Of a DNA stretch of 64,000 nucleotides, positions 44,701-60,300 are shown one piece after another. The position numbers and the translations under genes are program-made. The first letter of the stretch is position 1; each line of letters starts with the position of its first letter. This DNA is from Eledone cirrhosa (lineage: Eukaryota), in the NCBI GenBank assembly GCA_964016885.1, contig OZ024743.1, positions 139,748,001 through 139,812,000 on the forward strand, given 5' to 3'. A model generated the notes under the pieces. It had not been told where the DNA came from and did not search any database. It worked only from the letters and a program-made list of their open reading frames with translations.

Positions 44701-46968
44701 ACACCGAGCACCAAACACCAGATACCAAGCACCAAGCACCAAACACCAAACACCAAGCACCAAGCAGCAAACACCAAACAACAAGCACCAGGCACAAAGC
44801 ACCATACACCACACACCAAGCAGCAAGCACCAAACACCAAACACCAAGCACGCAGCATCAAACACCAAGCACCAAGCACCAAGCACCAAGCAACAAACAC
44901 CAAGCACCAAGCACCAAGTACCAAACACCAACCATCAAGCACCAAACACAAAACACCAAGCACCAAGCACCAAGCACGAAACACCAGGCACCAAGCACCA
45001 AGCACCAAACACCAAGCACCAAACACCAAACACCAAGCACCAAGTATCAAACACCAAGCACCAACCACCAAACACCAAGCAGCAAGCACCAATCACCAAA
45101 CACCAAGAACCAAGCACCAAACACCAACCACCAAGCACCAAGTACATACACCAAGCACCAAACACCAAACACAAAACACCAAGCACCAAGCACCAAGCAC
45201 CAAACACCAAGCCCCAAGCACCAAGCACCAAACACCAAACACCAAGCACCAAGCACCAAACACCAAGCACCAAGCACCAAACACCAAGCACCAAGCACCA
45301 AGGACCCAACATGAAACACCAAGCCCCAAGCACCAAACACCAAACAGCAAGCACCAAGCACCAAACACCCAGCACCAAGCACCAAGCCCCTAGCACCAGA
45401 CACCAAACACCAAGCACCAAGCACAAAACACTAAGCACCAATCACCAAGCACCAAACACCAAGCAGCAAGCAGCAAGCACCAAACACCAAAACCAAGCAC
45501 CAAGCACCAAACACCAAACACCAAGCTCCAAGCACTAAACATCAAACACCAAGCACCAAGCACCAAACACCTAACACCAAGCACGAAGCACCAAGCACGA
45601 TGCACCAAACACCAAGCACCAATCACCAAACACCAAGCACCAAGCACCAAACACCAAGCACCAGGCACCAAGCACCCAACACCAAGCACCAAGCACCAAA
45701 CACCAAGCACCAAGACCGAAGCAGCAAACACCAAGCACCAAACACCAAGCACCAAACACCAAACACAAAACACCTAGCACCAAGCAGCAAGCACCAAACA
45801 CCAAACACCAAGCACCAAGCACCAGACACCAAACACCAAGCACCAAGGACCAAACATCAAACACCAAGCACCAAGCACCAAACACCTAACACCAAGCACC
45901 AAGCACCAAGCCCCAAACACCAAGCACCAAGCAAAAAAAAAAAGCACCAAGCACCAAGCACCAAACACCAAGCACCAAGCACCAAACACCAAACCCCAAG
46001 CACCAAACACCAAACCGCAAGCACCAAGCACCAAACACTAATCACCAAGCACCAAGCACCAAGCACCAAGCATCAAACACCAAACACCAAATACCAAGCA
46101 CCAAACACCAAGCACCAAGCAGCAAACACCAAACAACAAGCACCATGCACAAAGCACCATACACCAAACACCAAGCAGCAAGCACCAAACACCAAACACC
46201 AAGCACGCAGCATCAAACACCAAGCACCAAGCACCAAACACCAAGCACCAAACACCAAACACCAAGCACCAAGCACCAAACTCCAAACAACAAGCACCAG
46301 GCACCAAGCACCAAGCACCAAGCAACAAACACCAAGCACCAAGCACCAAGTACCAAACACCAACCACCAAGCACCAAACACCAAACACCAAGCACCAAGC
46401 ACCAAGCACGAAACACCAAGCACCAAGCACCAAACACCAAACACCAAACACCAAGCACCAAGCACCAAACACCAAACACCAAGCACCAAGCACCAAGCAC
46501 AAATTAGCAAACACCAAGCACCAAGGACCAAACATCAAACACCAAGCACAAAGCACCGAACACCAAGCACCAAACACCAAGCACCAAACACCAAGCATCA
46601 AACACCAAGCACCAGGCACCAAGCACCAAACACCAAGCACCATGCACCAAACACCAAGCACCAAGCACGAAGCACCAAACACCAAGCACCAAACACCAAA
46701 CACTTAACACCAAGCACCAAGCACCAAGCACCAAACACCAAGCACCAAACACCAAACACCAAGCACCAAGTATCAAACACCAAGCACCAAGCACCAAACA
46801 CCAAGCAGCAAGCACCAATCACCAAACACCAAGAACCAAGCACCAAACACCAACTACCAAGCACCAAGTACATACACCAAGCACCAAACACCAAACACAA
46901 AACACCAAGCACCAAACACCGCGCACCAAACACCAGATACCAAGCACCAAGCACCAAACACCAAACAC
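41780..46968 (+). repeat. Higher-order repeat of about 2.2-2.5 kb marked by an A11 tract; two copies plus a truncated third
   Basis: A11 at 43683 and 45933 (offset 2250); CACAAATTAG at 44241 and 46498 (offset 2257). Confidence 0.85.
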
Positions 46969-49900
46969 GAAGCATGCAACATCAAACACCAAGCACCAAG
47001 CACCAAGCACCAAGCAACAAACACCAAGCACCAAGCACCAACCACCAAACCCCAAGCACCAATCAACAAACACTAATCACGAAGCACCAAGCACCAAACA
47101 CCAAGCAACAAGCACCAAGCACCAAACACCAAGCACCAAGCACCAAGCACAAAACACCAAGCACCAAACAACAAGCACCAAGCACCAAGCACCAAACACC
47201 AAGCACCAAGCACCAAACACCAACCACCCAGCACCAAACACCAAGCACCAAGCACCAAGTACCAAACACCAAACACCAAGCACCAAACACCAAACACCAA
47301 GCACCAAGCACCTAGCACGAAACACCATGCACCAAGCACCAAGCACCAAACACCAAACACCAAGCACCAAACACCAGCCACCAAGCACCAAGCACCAAAC
47401 ACCAAGCACTAAGCACCAAAAACCAAACAACAAGCACCAGGCACCAAGCACCAAACACCAAACACCAAGCACGCAGCACCAAACATCAAGCACCAAGCAC
47501 CAAGCACCAAACACCAAGCACCAAGCACCAAGCACCAAATACCAAACACCAAGCACCAAGAACCAAACACCAAACACCAAACAGCAAGCACCAAGCACCA
47601 AACACCAAGCACCAAACACCAAACCCCAAGCACCAATCACCAAACACTAATCACCAAGCACCAAGCACCAAACGCCAAGCACCAAGCAGCAAGCACCAAA
47701 CACCAAGCACCAAGCACCAAGCACCAAACACCAAGCACCAAACACCAAACACCAAACCCCAAGCACCAAAGACCAAGCACCAAGCACCAAGCACCAAGCA
47801 CCAAACACCAAGCACCAAGCACCAAACACCAAACACCAAACACCAAGTACCAAGCACCAAACAGCAAGCACCAAACACCAAACACCAAACAGCAAACATC
47901 AAACAGCAAACAGCAAACAGCAAACAGCAAACAGCAAACGCCAAACACCAAGCACCAAGCACCAAGCACTAAACACCAAGCACCAACACCAAGCACAAAA
48001 CACCAAACACCAAGCACCAAGGACCAAACATCAAAGACCAAGCACCAAGCACCTAGCACAAAGCACCGAACACCAAGCACCAAACACCAAGCACCAAGCA
48101 CGAAGCACCAAACACGAAGCACCAAGCACCAAACACTTAACACCAAGCACCAAGCACCAAGCACCTAACACCAAGCACCAAACACCAAACACCAAGCACC
48201 AAGTACCAAACACCAAGCACCAAGCACCAAACACCAAGCACCAAGCACCAATCACCAAACACCAAGAACCAAGCACCAAACACCAAGCACCAAGCACATA
48301 CACCAAGAACCAAGCACCAAACACCAAACACCAAACACCAAGCACAAAGCACCAAACACCAAGCACCAAGCACCAAACAGCAAACCCCAAGCACCAAACA
48401 CAAAACACCAAGCACCAAGCAACAAGCATCAAACACCAAGTATCAAACACCAAACAACAAGCACCAAGCACCAAACACCAAACACCAAGCACCAAGCACC
48501 AAGCACCAAGCACAAACATCAAGCACCCAGCACCAAACACCAAGCACCAAGCACCAAGCACCAAACACCAAGCACCAAACACCAAACACCAAGCACCAAA
48601 CACCAAACACCAAGCACCAAGCACCAAAACCCAAACACCAAGCACCAAGCACCAAACACCAAACACCAAACACCAGAAACCAAGCACCAAACACCAAACA
48701 CCAAACACCAAGCACAAAGCACCAAACACCAAGCACCAAGCACCAAACAGCAAACCCCAAGCACCAAGCACCAAACACTAATCACCAAGCAACAAGCACC
48801 ACACAACAAGCACCAAGCACCAAGAACCAGGCACCAAGCACCAAGCACCAAACACAAAACACCAAGCACCAAGCACCAAGTAGCACACACCAAGCATCAA
48901 ACACCAAACACCAAACACCAAGCACCAAACACCAAACACCAAGTCCTAAGCACCAAGCACCAAGCACCAAACTCCAAGCACCCAGCACCAAACACCAAAC
49001 ACCAAGCACAAAGCACCAAACACCAAACACCAAGCACCAAGCACCAATCAACAAACACCAAACACCAAACACCAAACACCAAGCACCAAACACCAAGCAC
49101 CAAGCACCAAACAACAAGCACCAAGCACCAAGCACCAAACACCAAGCACCAAGCACCAAGCACCAAACACCAAGCACCAAGCACCAACCACCAAACCCCA
49201 AGCACCAAGCAACAAACACTAATCACCAAGTACCAAGCACCAAACACCAAGCACCAAGCACCAAGCACCAAACACCAAGCACCAAGCACCAAGCACCAAA
49301 CACCAAACACCAAGCACCAAACACCAAGCACCAAGCACCAAACAACAAGCACCAAGCACCAAGCACCAAACACCAAGCACCAAGCACCAAACACCAACCA
49401 CCCAGCACCAAGCCCCAAGCACCAAGCACCAAACACCAAACACCAAGCACCAAGCACCAACCACCAAACCCCAAGCACCAATCAACAAACACTAATCACC
49501 AAGCACCAAGCACCAAACACCAAGCACCAAGCACCAAGCACCAAACACCAAGCACCAAGCACCAAGCACCAAACACCAAGCACCAAACACCAAACACCAA
49601 GCACCAAGCACCAAACACCAAACACCAAGCACCAAGCACCAAGCACCAAACACCAAACAACAAGCACCAAACACCAAACACCAAGCACCAAAAACCAAAC
49701 ACCAAGCACCAAGGACCCAACATCAAACACCAAGCACCAAGCACCAAACACCAAACACCAAGCACCAAGCACCAAGCACCAAGCACCGAACACCAAGCCC
49801 CAAACACCAAGCACCAAACACCAAGCCCCAAACACCAAACACCAAGTCCCACGCACCAAGCACCAAACACCAAACAACAAGCACCAAGCACCAAACACCA

Positions 49901-51751
49901 AACAACAAGCACCAGGCACCAAGCACCAAACACCAAACACCAAGCACCAAGCACCAAACACCAAACACCAAGCACGCAGCATCAAACACCAAGCACCAAG
50001 CGCCAAGCACCAAACACCAATCACCAAGCACCAAGCACCAAGTACCAAACACCAACCACCAAGCACCAAACACCAAACACCAAGCACCAAACACCAAGCA
50101 CGAAACACCAGGCACCAAGCACCAAACACCAAACACCAAGCACCAAGCACCAGCCACCAAGCACCAAGCACCAAACTCCAAACACCAAGCACTAAGCACC
50201 AAACACCAAACAACAAGCAGCAGGCACCAAGCACCAAACACCAAACACCAAGCACGCAGCACCAAACACCAACCACCAAGCACCAAACACCAATCACCTA
50301 GCACCAAGCACCAAACACCAAACACCAAACACTAATCACCAAGCACCAAGCACCAAACACCAAGCACCAAGCAGCAAGCACCAAACACCAAGCACCAAGC
50401 ACCAAACACCAAGCACCAAGCACCAAACAGCAAGCACCAAATACCAAGCACCAAACACCAAGCACCAAACACCAAGCCCCACGCACCAAGCACCAAACAC
50501 CAAACACCAAGCACCAAGCACCAAACACCAAGCACCAAGCACGAAGCCCCTAGCACCAAACACCAAACACCAATCAAAAAGCACAAAACACCAAGCACCA
50601 ATCACCAAGCACCAAACACCAAGCAGCAAGCAGCAAGCACCAAACACCAAACACCAAGCACCAAGCACCAAATACCAAACACCAAGCACCAAGGTCCAAA
50701 CATCAAACAACAAGAACCAGGCACCAAGCACCAAACACAAAAACACCAAGCACCAAGCACCAAACACCAAGCACGCAGCATCAAACACCATGCACCAAGC
50801 ACCAAGCACCAAAGACCAAGCACCAAGCACCAAGTACCAAACACCAAACACCCAGCACCAAACACCAAACACCAAGCACCAAGCACCAAGCATGAAACAC
50901 CAGGCACCAAGCATCAAGCACAAAACACCAAACACCAAGCACCAAACACCAGCCACCAAGCACCAAGTATCAAACACCAAACACCAAGCACTATGCACCA
51001 AACACCAAACAACAAGCACCAGGCACCAAGCACCAAGCACCAAACACCAAGCACGCAGCACCAAACACCAAGCACCAAGCACCAAACACCAAACACCAAG
51101 CACCAAGCACCAAGCACCAAACACCAAACACCAAACACCAGGCACCAAGAACCAAACACCAAACACCAAACAGCAAGCACCAAGCACCAAACACCAAGCA
51201 CCAAACACCAAACCCCAAGCACCAATCACCAAACACTAATCAACAAGCACCAAGCACCAAACACAAAACACCAAGCAGCAAGCACCAAACACCAAGCACC
51301 GAGCACCAAGCACCAAGCACCAAACACCAAGCACCAAGCACCAAACACCAAACCCCAAGCACCAAAGACCAAGCACAAAGCACCAAGGACCAAACACCAA
51401 GCACCAAGCACCAAGCACCAAACACCAAGCACCAAGCACCAAACACCCAGCACCAAGCACCAAGCACCAAACACCAAGCACCAAGCACCAAACACCAAAC
51501 ACCAAACACCAAGCACCAAGCACCAAACAGCAAGCACCAAACACCAAACAACAAACAGCAAACGCCAAACACCAAGCACCAAGCACCAAGCACCAAACAC
51601 CAAGCACCAAGCACCAAGCACAAATCAGCAAACACCAAGCACCAAGGACCAAACATCAAACACCAAGCACCAAGCACCAAACACCAAACACCAATCACCA
51701 AGCACCAAGCACAAAGCACCGAACACCAAGCACCAAGCACCAAGCACCAAA

Positions 51752-54522
51752 CACCAAGCACCAAACACCAAGCACCAGGCACCAAGCACCAAACACCAGG
51801 CACCATGCACCAAACACCAAGCACCAAGCACGAAGCACCAAACACCAAGCACCAAACACCAAACACTTAACACCAAGCACCAAGCACCAAGCACCAAGCA
51901 CCAAGCACCAAACACCAAACACCAAGCACCAAGTATCAAACACCAAGCACCAAGCACCAAACACCAAGCAGCAAGCACCAATCACCAAACACCAAGAACC
52001 AAGCACCAAACACCAACTACCAAGCACCAAGTACATACACCAAGCACCAAACACCAAACACAAAACACCAAGCACCAAACACCGAGCACCAAACACCAGA
52101 TACCAAGCACCAAGCACCAAACACCAAACACGAAGCATGCAACATCAAACACCAAGCACCAAGCACCAAGCACCAAGCAACAAACACCAAGCACCAAGCA
52201 CCAAGTACCAAACACCAACCACCAAGCACCAAACACCAAACACCAAGCTCCAAGCACCAAGCACGAAACACCAGGCACCAAGCACCAAACACCAAGCACC
52301 AAACACCAAACACCAAGCACCAAGTATCAAACACCAAGCACCAAGCACCAAACACCAAGCAGCAAGCACCAATCACCAAACACCAAGAACCAAGCACCAA
52401 ACACCAACCACCAAGCACCAAGTACATACACCAAACACCAAACACCAAACACAAAACACCAAGCACCAAGCACCAAGCACGAAACACCAAGCCCCAAGCA
52501 CCAAGCACCAAACACCAAACACCAAGCACCAAACACAAAACACCAAGCACCAAGCACCAAGCAGCACACACCCAGCATCAAACACCAAACACCAAACACC
52601 AAGCACCAAACACCAAACACCAAACACCAAGCACCAAGCACCAAGCACCAAACACCAGACACCAAGCACCAAACACCAAGCACCAAGCACCAAGCACCAA
52701 ACACCAAACAACAAGCACCAGGTACCAAGCACCAAACACCAAAAACCAAACACCAAGCACCAAGCACCAAGCACCAAACAGCAAACACCAAGCACCAAGC
52801 ACCAAGCACCAACCACCCAGAACCTAGCACCAAGCACCAAACAGCAAGCACCAAACACCAAACACCAAACACCAAGCACCAAGCACCAAGCACCAAACAC
52901 CAAGCCCCAAGCACCAAGCACCAAACACCAAACACCAAGAACCAAGCACCAAACACCAAGCACCAAGCACCAATCACAAAGAAAGAAACAACAAGCAGCA
53001 AGCAGCAAGCACCAAACACCAAACACCAAGCACCAAACACCAAGCACCAAACACCAAGCACCAAACACCAAACACTAAGTCCCACGCACCAAGCACCAAA
53101 CACCAAACAGCAAGCACCAAGCACCAAACACCAAGCACCAAACACCAAGCACCAGGCACCAAGCACCAAACACCAGGCACCATGCACCAAACACCAAGCA
53201 CCAAGCACGAAGCACCAAACACGAAGCACCAAACACCAAACACTTAACACCAAGCACCAAGCACCAAGCACCAAGCACCAAGCACCAAACACCAAACACC
53301 AAGCACCAAGTATCAAACACCAAGCACCAAGCACCAAACACCAAGCAGCAAGCACCAATCACCAAACACCAAGAACCAAGCACCAAACACCAACTACCAA
53401 GCACCAAGTACATACACCAAGCACCAAACACCAAACACAAAACACCAAGCACCAAACACCGAGCACCAAACACCAGATACCAAGCACCAAGCACCAAACA
53501 CCAAACACGAAGCATGCAACATCAAACACCAAGCACCAAGCACCAAGCACCAAGCAACAAACACCAAGCACCAAGCACCAAGTACCAAACACCAACCACC
53601 AAGCACCAAACACCAAACACCAAGCTCCAAGCACCAAGCACGAAACACCAGGCACCAAGCACCAAACACCAAGCACCAAACACCAAACACCAAGCACCAA
53701 GTATCAAACACCAAGCACCAAGCACCAAACACCAAGCAGCAAGCACCAATCACCAAACACCAAGAACCAAGCACCAAACACCAACCACCAAGCACCAAGT
53801 ACATACACCAAACACCAAACACCAAACACAAAACACCAAGCACCAAGCACCAAGCACGAAACACCAAGCCCCAAGCACCAAGCACCAAACACCAAACACC
53901 AAGCACCAAACACAAAACACCAAGCACCAAGCACCAAGCAGCACACACCCAGCATCAAACACCAAACACCAAACACCAAGCACCAAACACCAAACACCAA
54001 ACACCAAGCACCAAGCACCAAGCACCAAACACCAGACACCAAGCACCAAACACCAAGCACCAAGCACCAAGCACCAAACACCAAACAACAAGCACCAGGT
54101 ACCAAGCACCAAACACCAAAAACCAAACACCAAGCACCAAGCACCAAGCACCAAACACCAAACACCAAGCACCAAGCACCAAGCACCAACCACCCAGAAC
54201 CTAGCACCAAGCACCAAACAGCAAGCACCAAACACCAAACACCAAACACCAAGCACCAAGCACCAAGCACCAAACACCAAGCCCCAAGCACCAAGCACCA
54301 AACACCAAACACCAAGAACCAAGCACCAAACACCAAGCACCAAGCACCAATCACAAAGAAAGAAACAACAAGCAGCAAGCAGCAAGCACCAAACACCAAA
54401 CACCAAGCACCAAACACCAAGCACCAAACACCAAGCACCAAACACCAAACACTAAGTCCCACGCACCAAGCACCAAACACCAAACAGCAAGCACCAAGCA
54501 CCAAACACCAAGCACCAAGCAC
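51752..54522 (+). repeat. Tandem duplication, period 1377 bp, nested in 15.6-kb copy 2
   Basis: ORF pairs 51982/53359, 52137/53514 and 52373/53750. Confidence 0.92.
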
Positions 54523-57349
54523 CAACCCCCTAGCACCAAACACCAAACACCAAGCACCAAGCACAAAACACCAAGCACCAATCACCATGCACCAAACACC
54601 AAGCAGCAAGCAGCAAGCACCAAACGCCAAAACCAAGCACCAAGCACCAAACACCAAACACCAAGCACCAAGCCCCAAACACCTAACACCAAGCACCAAG
54701 CACCAAGCACCAAGCACCAAACACCAAGCACCAATCACCAAACACCAAGCACCAAGCACCAAACACCAAGCACCAGGCACCAAGCACCAAACACCAAGCA
54801 CCAAACACCAAGCACCAAGCACCAAACACCAAGCACCAAGACCGAAGCACCAAACACCAATCACCAAACTCCAAACACAAAACACCAAGCACCAAGCAGC
54901 AAGCACCAAACACCAAACACCAAGCACCAAGCACCAAATACCAAACACCAAGCACCAAGGACCAAACATCAAACACCAAGCACCAAGCACCAAGCACCAA
55001 GCCCCAAACACCAAGCACCAAGCCCCAAACACCAAGCACCAAGCACCAAAGACCAAGCACCAAGCACCAAGCACCAAACACCAAACACCAAGCACCAAAC
55101 ACCAAACACCAAACACCAAGCACGCAGCATCAAACACCAAGCACCAAGCACCAAGCACCAAAGACCAAGCACCAAGCACCAAGCACCAAGTACCAAACAC
55201 CAAACACCAAGCACCAAACACCAAACACCAAGCACCAAGCACCAAGCACGAAACACCAGGCACCAAGCACCAAGCACAAAACACCAAACACCAAGCACCA
55301 AACACCAGCCACCAAGCACCAAGCACCAAACACCAAACACCAAGCACTATGCACCAAACACCAAACAACAAGCACCAGGCACCAAGCACCAAACGCCAAA
55401 CACCAAGCACGCAGCACCAAACACCAAGCACCAAGCACCAAGCACCAAACACCAAGCACCAAGCACCAAGCACCAAACACCAAACACCAAACACCAAGCA
55501 CCAAGAACCAAACACCAAACACCAAACAGCAAGCACCAAGCACCAAACACCAAACACCAAGCACCAAACACCAGCCACCAAGCACCAAGCACCAAACACC
55601 AAACACCAAGCACTAAGCACCAAACACCAAACAACAAGCAGCAGGCACCAAGCACCAGACACCAAACACCAAGCACGCAGCACCAAACACCAAGCACCAA
55701 GCACCAAACACCCATCACCTAGCACCAAGCACCAAACACCAAACACCAAACACCAAGCACCAAGAACCAAACACCAAACACCAAACAGCAAACACCAAGC
55801 ACCAAACACCAAGCACCAAACACCAAACCCCAAGCACCAATCACCAAACACTAATCACCAAGCACCAAGCACCAAACACCAAGCACCAAGCACCAAGCAC
55901 CAAGCACCAAGCACCAAGCACCAAACACCAAGCACCAAGCACCAAACATCAAACACCAAACACCAAGCACCAAGCACCAAACAGCAAGCATCAAATACCA
56001 AGCACCAAACACCAAGCACCAAACACCAAGCCCCACGCACCAAGCACCAAACACCAAACACCAAGCACCAAGCACCAAACACTAATCACCAAGCACCAAG
56101 CCCCTAGCACCAAACACCAAACACCAATCAAAAAGCACAAAACACCAAGCACCAATCACCAAGCACCAAACACCTAGCAGCAAGCAGCAAGCACCAAACA
56201 CCAAACACAAAGCACCAAGCACCAAATACCAAACACCAAGCACCAAGGTCCAAACATCAAACACCAAGCACCAAACGCCTAACACCAAGCACCAAGCACC
56301 AAGCACCAAGCACCAAACACAAAACACCAAGCACCAAGCACCAAGCAGCAAACACCAAACACCAAGCACCATGCACCAAGCACCAAACACCAGATACCAA
56401 GCACCAAGCACCAAACACCAAACACCAAGCACCAAGCACCAAACACCAAACAACAAGAACCAGGCACCAAGCACCAAACACCAAACACCAAGCACCAAGC
56501 ACCAAACACCAAAATCCAAGCACGCAGCATCAAACACCAAGCACCAAGCACCAAGCACCAAAGACCAAGCACCAAGCACCAAGCACCAAGTACCAAACAC
56601 CAAACACCAAGCACCAAACACCAAACACCAAGCACCAAGCACCAAGCACGAAACACCAGGCACCAAGCACCAAGCACAAAACACCAAACACCAAGCACCA
56701 AACACCAGCCACCAAGCACCAAGCACCAAACACCAAACACCAAGCACTATGCACCAAACACCAAACAACAAGCACCAGGCACCAAGCACTAAACGCCAAA
56801 CACCAAGCACGCAGCACCAAACACCAAGCACCAAGCACCAAGCACCAAACACCAAGCACCAAGCACCAAGCACCAAACACCAAACACCAAACACCAAGCA
56901 CCAAGAACCAAACACCAAACACCAAACAGCAAGCACCAAGCACCAAACACCAAGCACCAAACACCAAACCCCAAGCACCAATCACCAAACACTAATCAAC
57001 AAGCACCAAGCACCAAACACGAAGCACCAAACACGAAGCACCAAGCAGCAAGCACCAAACACCAAGCACCATGCACCAAGCACCAAGCACCAAACACCAA
57101 GCACCAAGCACCAAACACCAAACCCCAAGCACCAAAGACCAAGCACCAAGCACCGAGCACCAAGCACCAAACACCAAGCACCAAGCACCAAACACCCAGC
57201 ACCAAGCACCAAGCACCAAACACCAAGCACCAAGCACCAAACACCAAACACCAAACACCAAGCACCAAGCACCAAACAGCAAGCACCAAACACCAAACAA
57301 CAAACAGCAAACGCCAAACACCAAGCACCAAGCACCAAGCACCAAACAC

Positions 57350-60300
57350 CAAGCACCAAGCACCAAGCACAAATCAGCAAACACCAAGCACCAAGGACCA
57401 AACATCAAACACCAAGCACCAAGCACGAAACACCGAACACGAAACACCGAACACCAATCACCAAGCACCAAGCACAAAGCACCGAACACCAAGCACCAAA
57501 CACCAAGCACCAAACACGAAGCACCAAACACCAAGCACCAGGCACCAAGCACCAAACACCAAGCACCATGCACCAAACACCAAGCACCAAGCACGAAGCA
57601 CCAAACACCAAGCACCAAACACCAAACACTTAACACCAAGCACCAAGCACCAAGCACCAAACACCAAGCACCAAACACCAAACACCAAGCACCAAGTATC
57701 AAACACCAAGCACCAAGCACCAAACACCAAGCAACAAGCACCAATCACCAAACAGCAAGAACCAAGCACTAAACACCAACTACCAAGCACCAAGTACATA
57801 CACCAAGCACCAAACACCAAACACAAAACACCAAGCACCAAACACCGAGCACCAAACACCAGATACCAAGCACCAAGCACCAAACACCAAACACCAAGCA
57901 CCAAGCAGCAAACACCAAACAACAAGCACCAGGCACAAAGCACCATACACCAAACACCAAGCAGCAAGGACCAAACACCAAACACCAAGCACGCAGCATC
58001 AAACACCAAGCACCAAGCACCAAGCACCAAGCAACAAACACCAAGCACCAAGCACCAAGTACCAAACACCAACCACCAAGCACCAAACACCAAACACCAA
58101 GCACCAAGCACCAAGCACGAAACACCAGGCACCAAGCACCAAGCACCAAACACCAAGCACCAAACACCAAACACCAAGCACCAAGTATCAAACACCAAGC
58201 ACCAAGCACCAAACACCAAGCAGCAAGCACCAATCACCAAACACCAAGAACCAAGCACCAAACACCAACCACCAAGCACCAAGTACATACACCAAGCACC
58301 AAACACCAAACACAAAACACCAAGCACCAAGCACCAAGCACCAAACACCAAGCCCCAAGCACCAAGCACCAAACACCAAACACCAAGCACCAAGCACCAA
58401 ACACCAAGCACCAAGCACCAATCACAATGAATGAAACAACAAGCAGCAAGCAGCAAGCACCAAACACCAAACACCAAGCACCAAACACCAAGCACCAAGC
58501 ACCAAGGACCCAACATGAAACACCAAGCCCCAAGCACCAAACACCAAACACCAAGCACCAACACCAAGCACCAAGCACCGAACACCAAGCCCCAAACACC
58601 AGGCACCAAACACCAAGCACCAAACACCAAACACTAAGTCCCACGCACCAAGCACCAAACACCAAACAGCAAGCACCAAGCACCAAACACCAAGCACCAA
58701 GCACCAAGCCCCTAGCACCAAACACCAAACACCAAGCACCAAGCACAAAACACTAAGCACCAATCACCAAGCACCAAACACCAAGCAGCAAGCAGCAAGC
58801 ACCAAACACCAAAACCAAGCACCAAGCACCAAACACCAAACACCAAGCACCAAGCACTAAACATCAAACACCAAGCACTAAGCACCAAACACCTAACACC
58901 AAGCACCAAGCACCAAGCACGAAGCACCAAACACCAAGCACCAATCACCAAACACCAATCACCAAGCACCAAACACCAAGCACCAGGCACCAAGCACCAA
59001 ACACCAAGCACCAAGCACCAAACACCAAGCACCAAGACCGAAGCACCAAACACCAAGCACCAAACACCAAGCACCAAACACCAAACACAAAACACCAAGC
59101 ACCAAGCAGCAAGCACCAAACACCAAACACCAAGCACCAAGCACCAAACACCAAACACCAAGCACCAAGGACCAAACATCAAACACCAAGCACCAAGCAC
59201 CAAACACCTAACACCAAGCACCAAGCACCAAGCCCCAAACACCAAGCACCAAGCAAAAAAAAAAAGCACCAAGCACCAAGCACCAAACACCAAGCACCAA
59301 GCACCAAACACCAAACCCCAAGCACCAAACACCAAACCGCAAGCACCAAGCACCAAACACTAATCACCAAGCACCAAGCACCAAGCATCAAACACCAAAC
59401 ACCAAGCACCAAGCACCAAACACCAAGCACCAAGCAGCAAACAGCAAACAACAAGCACCAGGCACAAAGCACCATACACCAAACACCAAGCAGCAAGCAC
59501 CAAACACCAAACACCAAGCACGCAGCATCAAACACCAAGCACCAAGCACCAAGCACCAAGCAACAAACACCAAGCACCAAGCACCAAGTACCAAACACCA
59601 ACCACCAAGCACCAAACACCAAACACCAAGCACCAAGCACCAAGCACGAAACACCAGGCACCAAGCACCAAGCACCAAACACCAAACACCAAGCACCAAA
59701 CACCAAGCACCAGGCACCAAGCACCAAACACCAAGCACCAAGCACCAAACACCAAACACCAAACACCAAGCACCAAGCACCAAACAGCAAGCACCAAGCA
59801 CCAAGCACCAAGCACAAATTAGCAAACACCAAGCACCAAGGACCAAACATCAAACACCAAGCACCAAGCACCAAACACCAAACAGCAATCACCAAGCACC
59901 AAGCACAAAGCACCGAACACCAAGCACCAAAAACCAAGCACCAAACACCAAGCATCAAACACCAAGCACCAGGCACCAAGCACCAAACACCAAGCACCAT
60001 GCACCAAACACCAAGCACCAAGCACGAAGCACCAAACACCAAGCACCAAACACCAAACACTTAACACCAAGCACCAAGCACCAAGCACCAAACACCAAGC
60101 ACCAAACACCAAACACCAAGCACCAAGTATCAAACACCAAGCACCAAGCACCAAACACCAAGCAGCAAGCACCAATCACCAAACACCAAGAACCAAGCAC
60201 CAAACACCAACTACCAAGCACCAAGTACATACACCAAGCACCAAACACCAAACACAAAACACCAAGCACCAAACACCGAGCACCAAACACCAGATACCAA

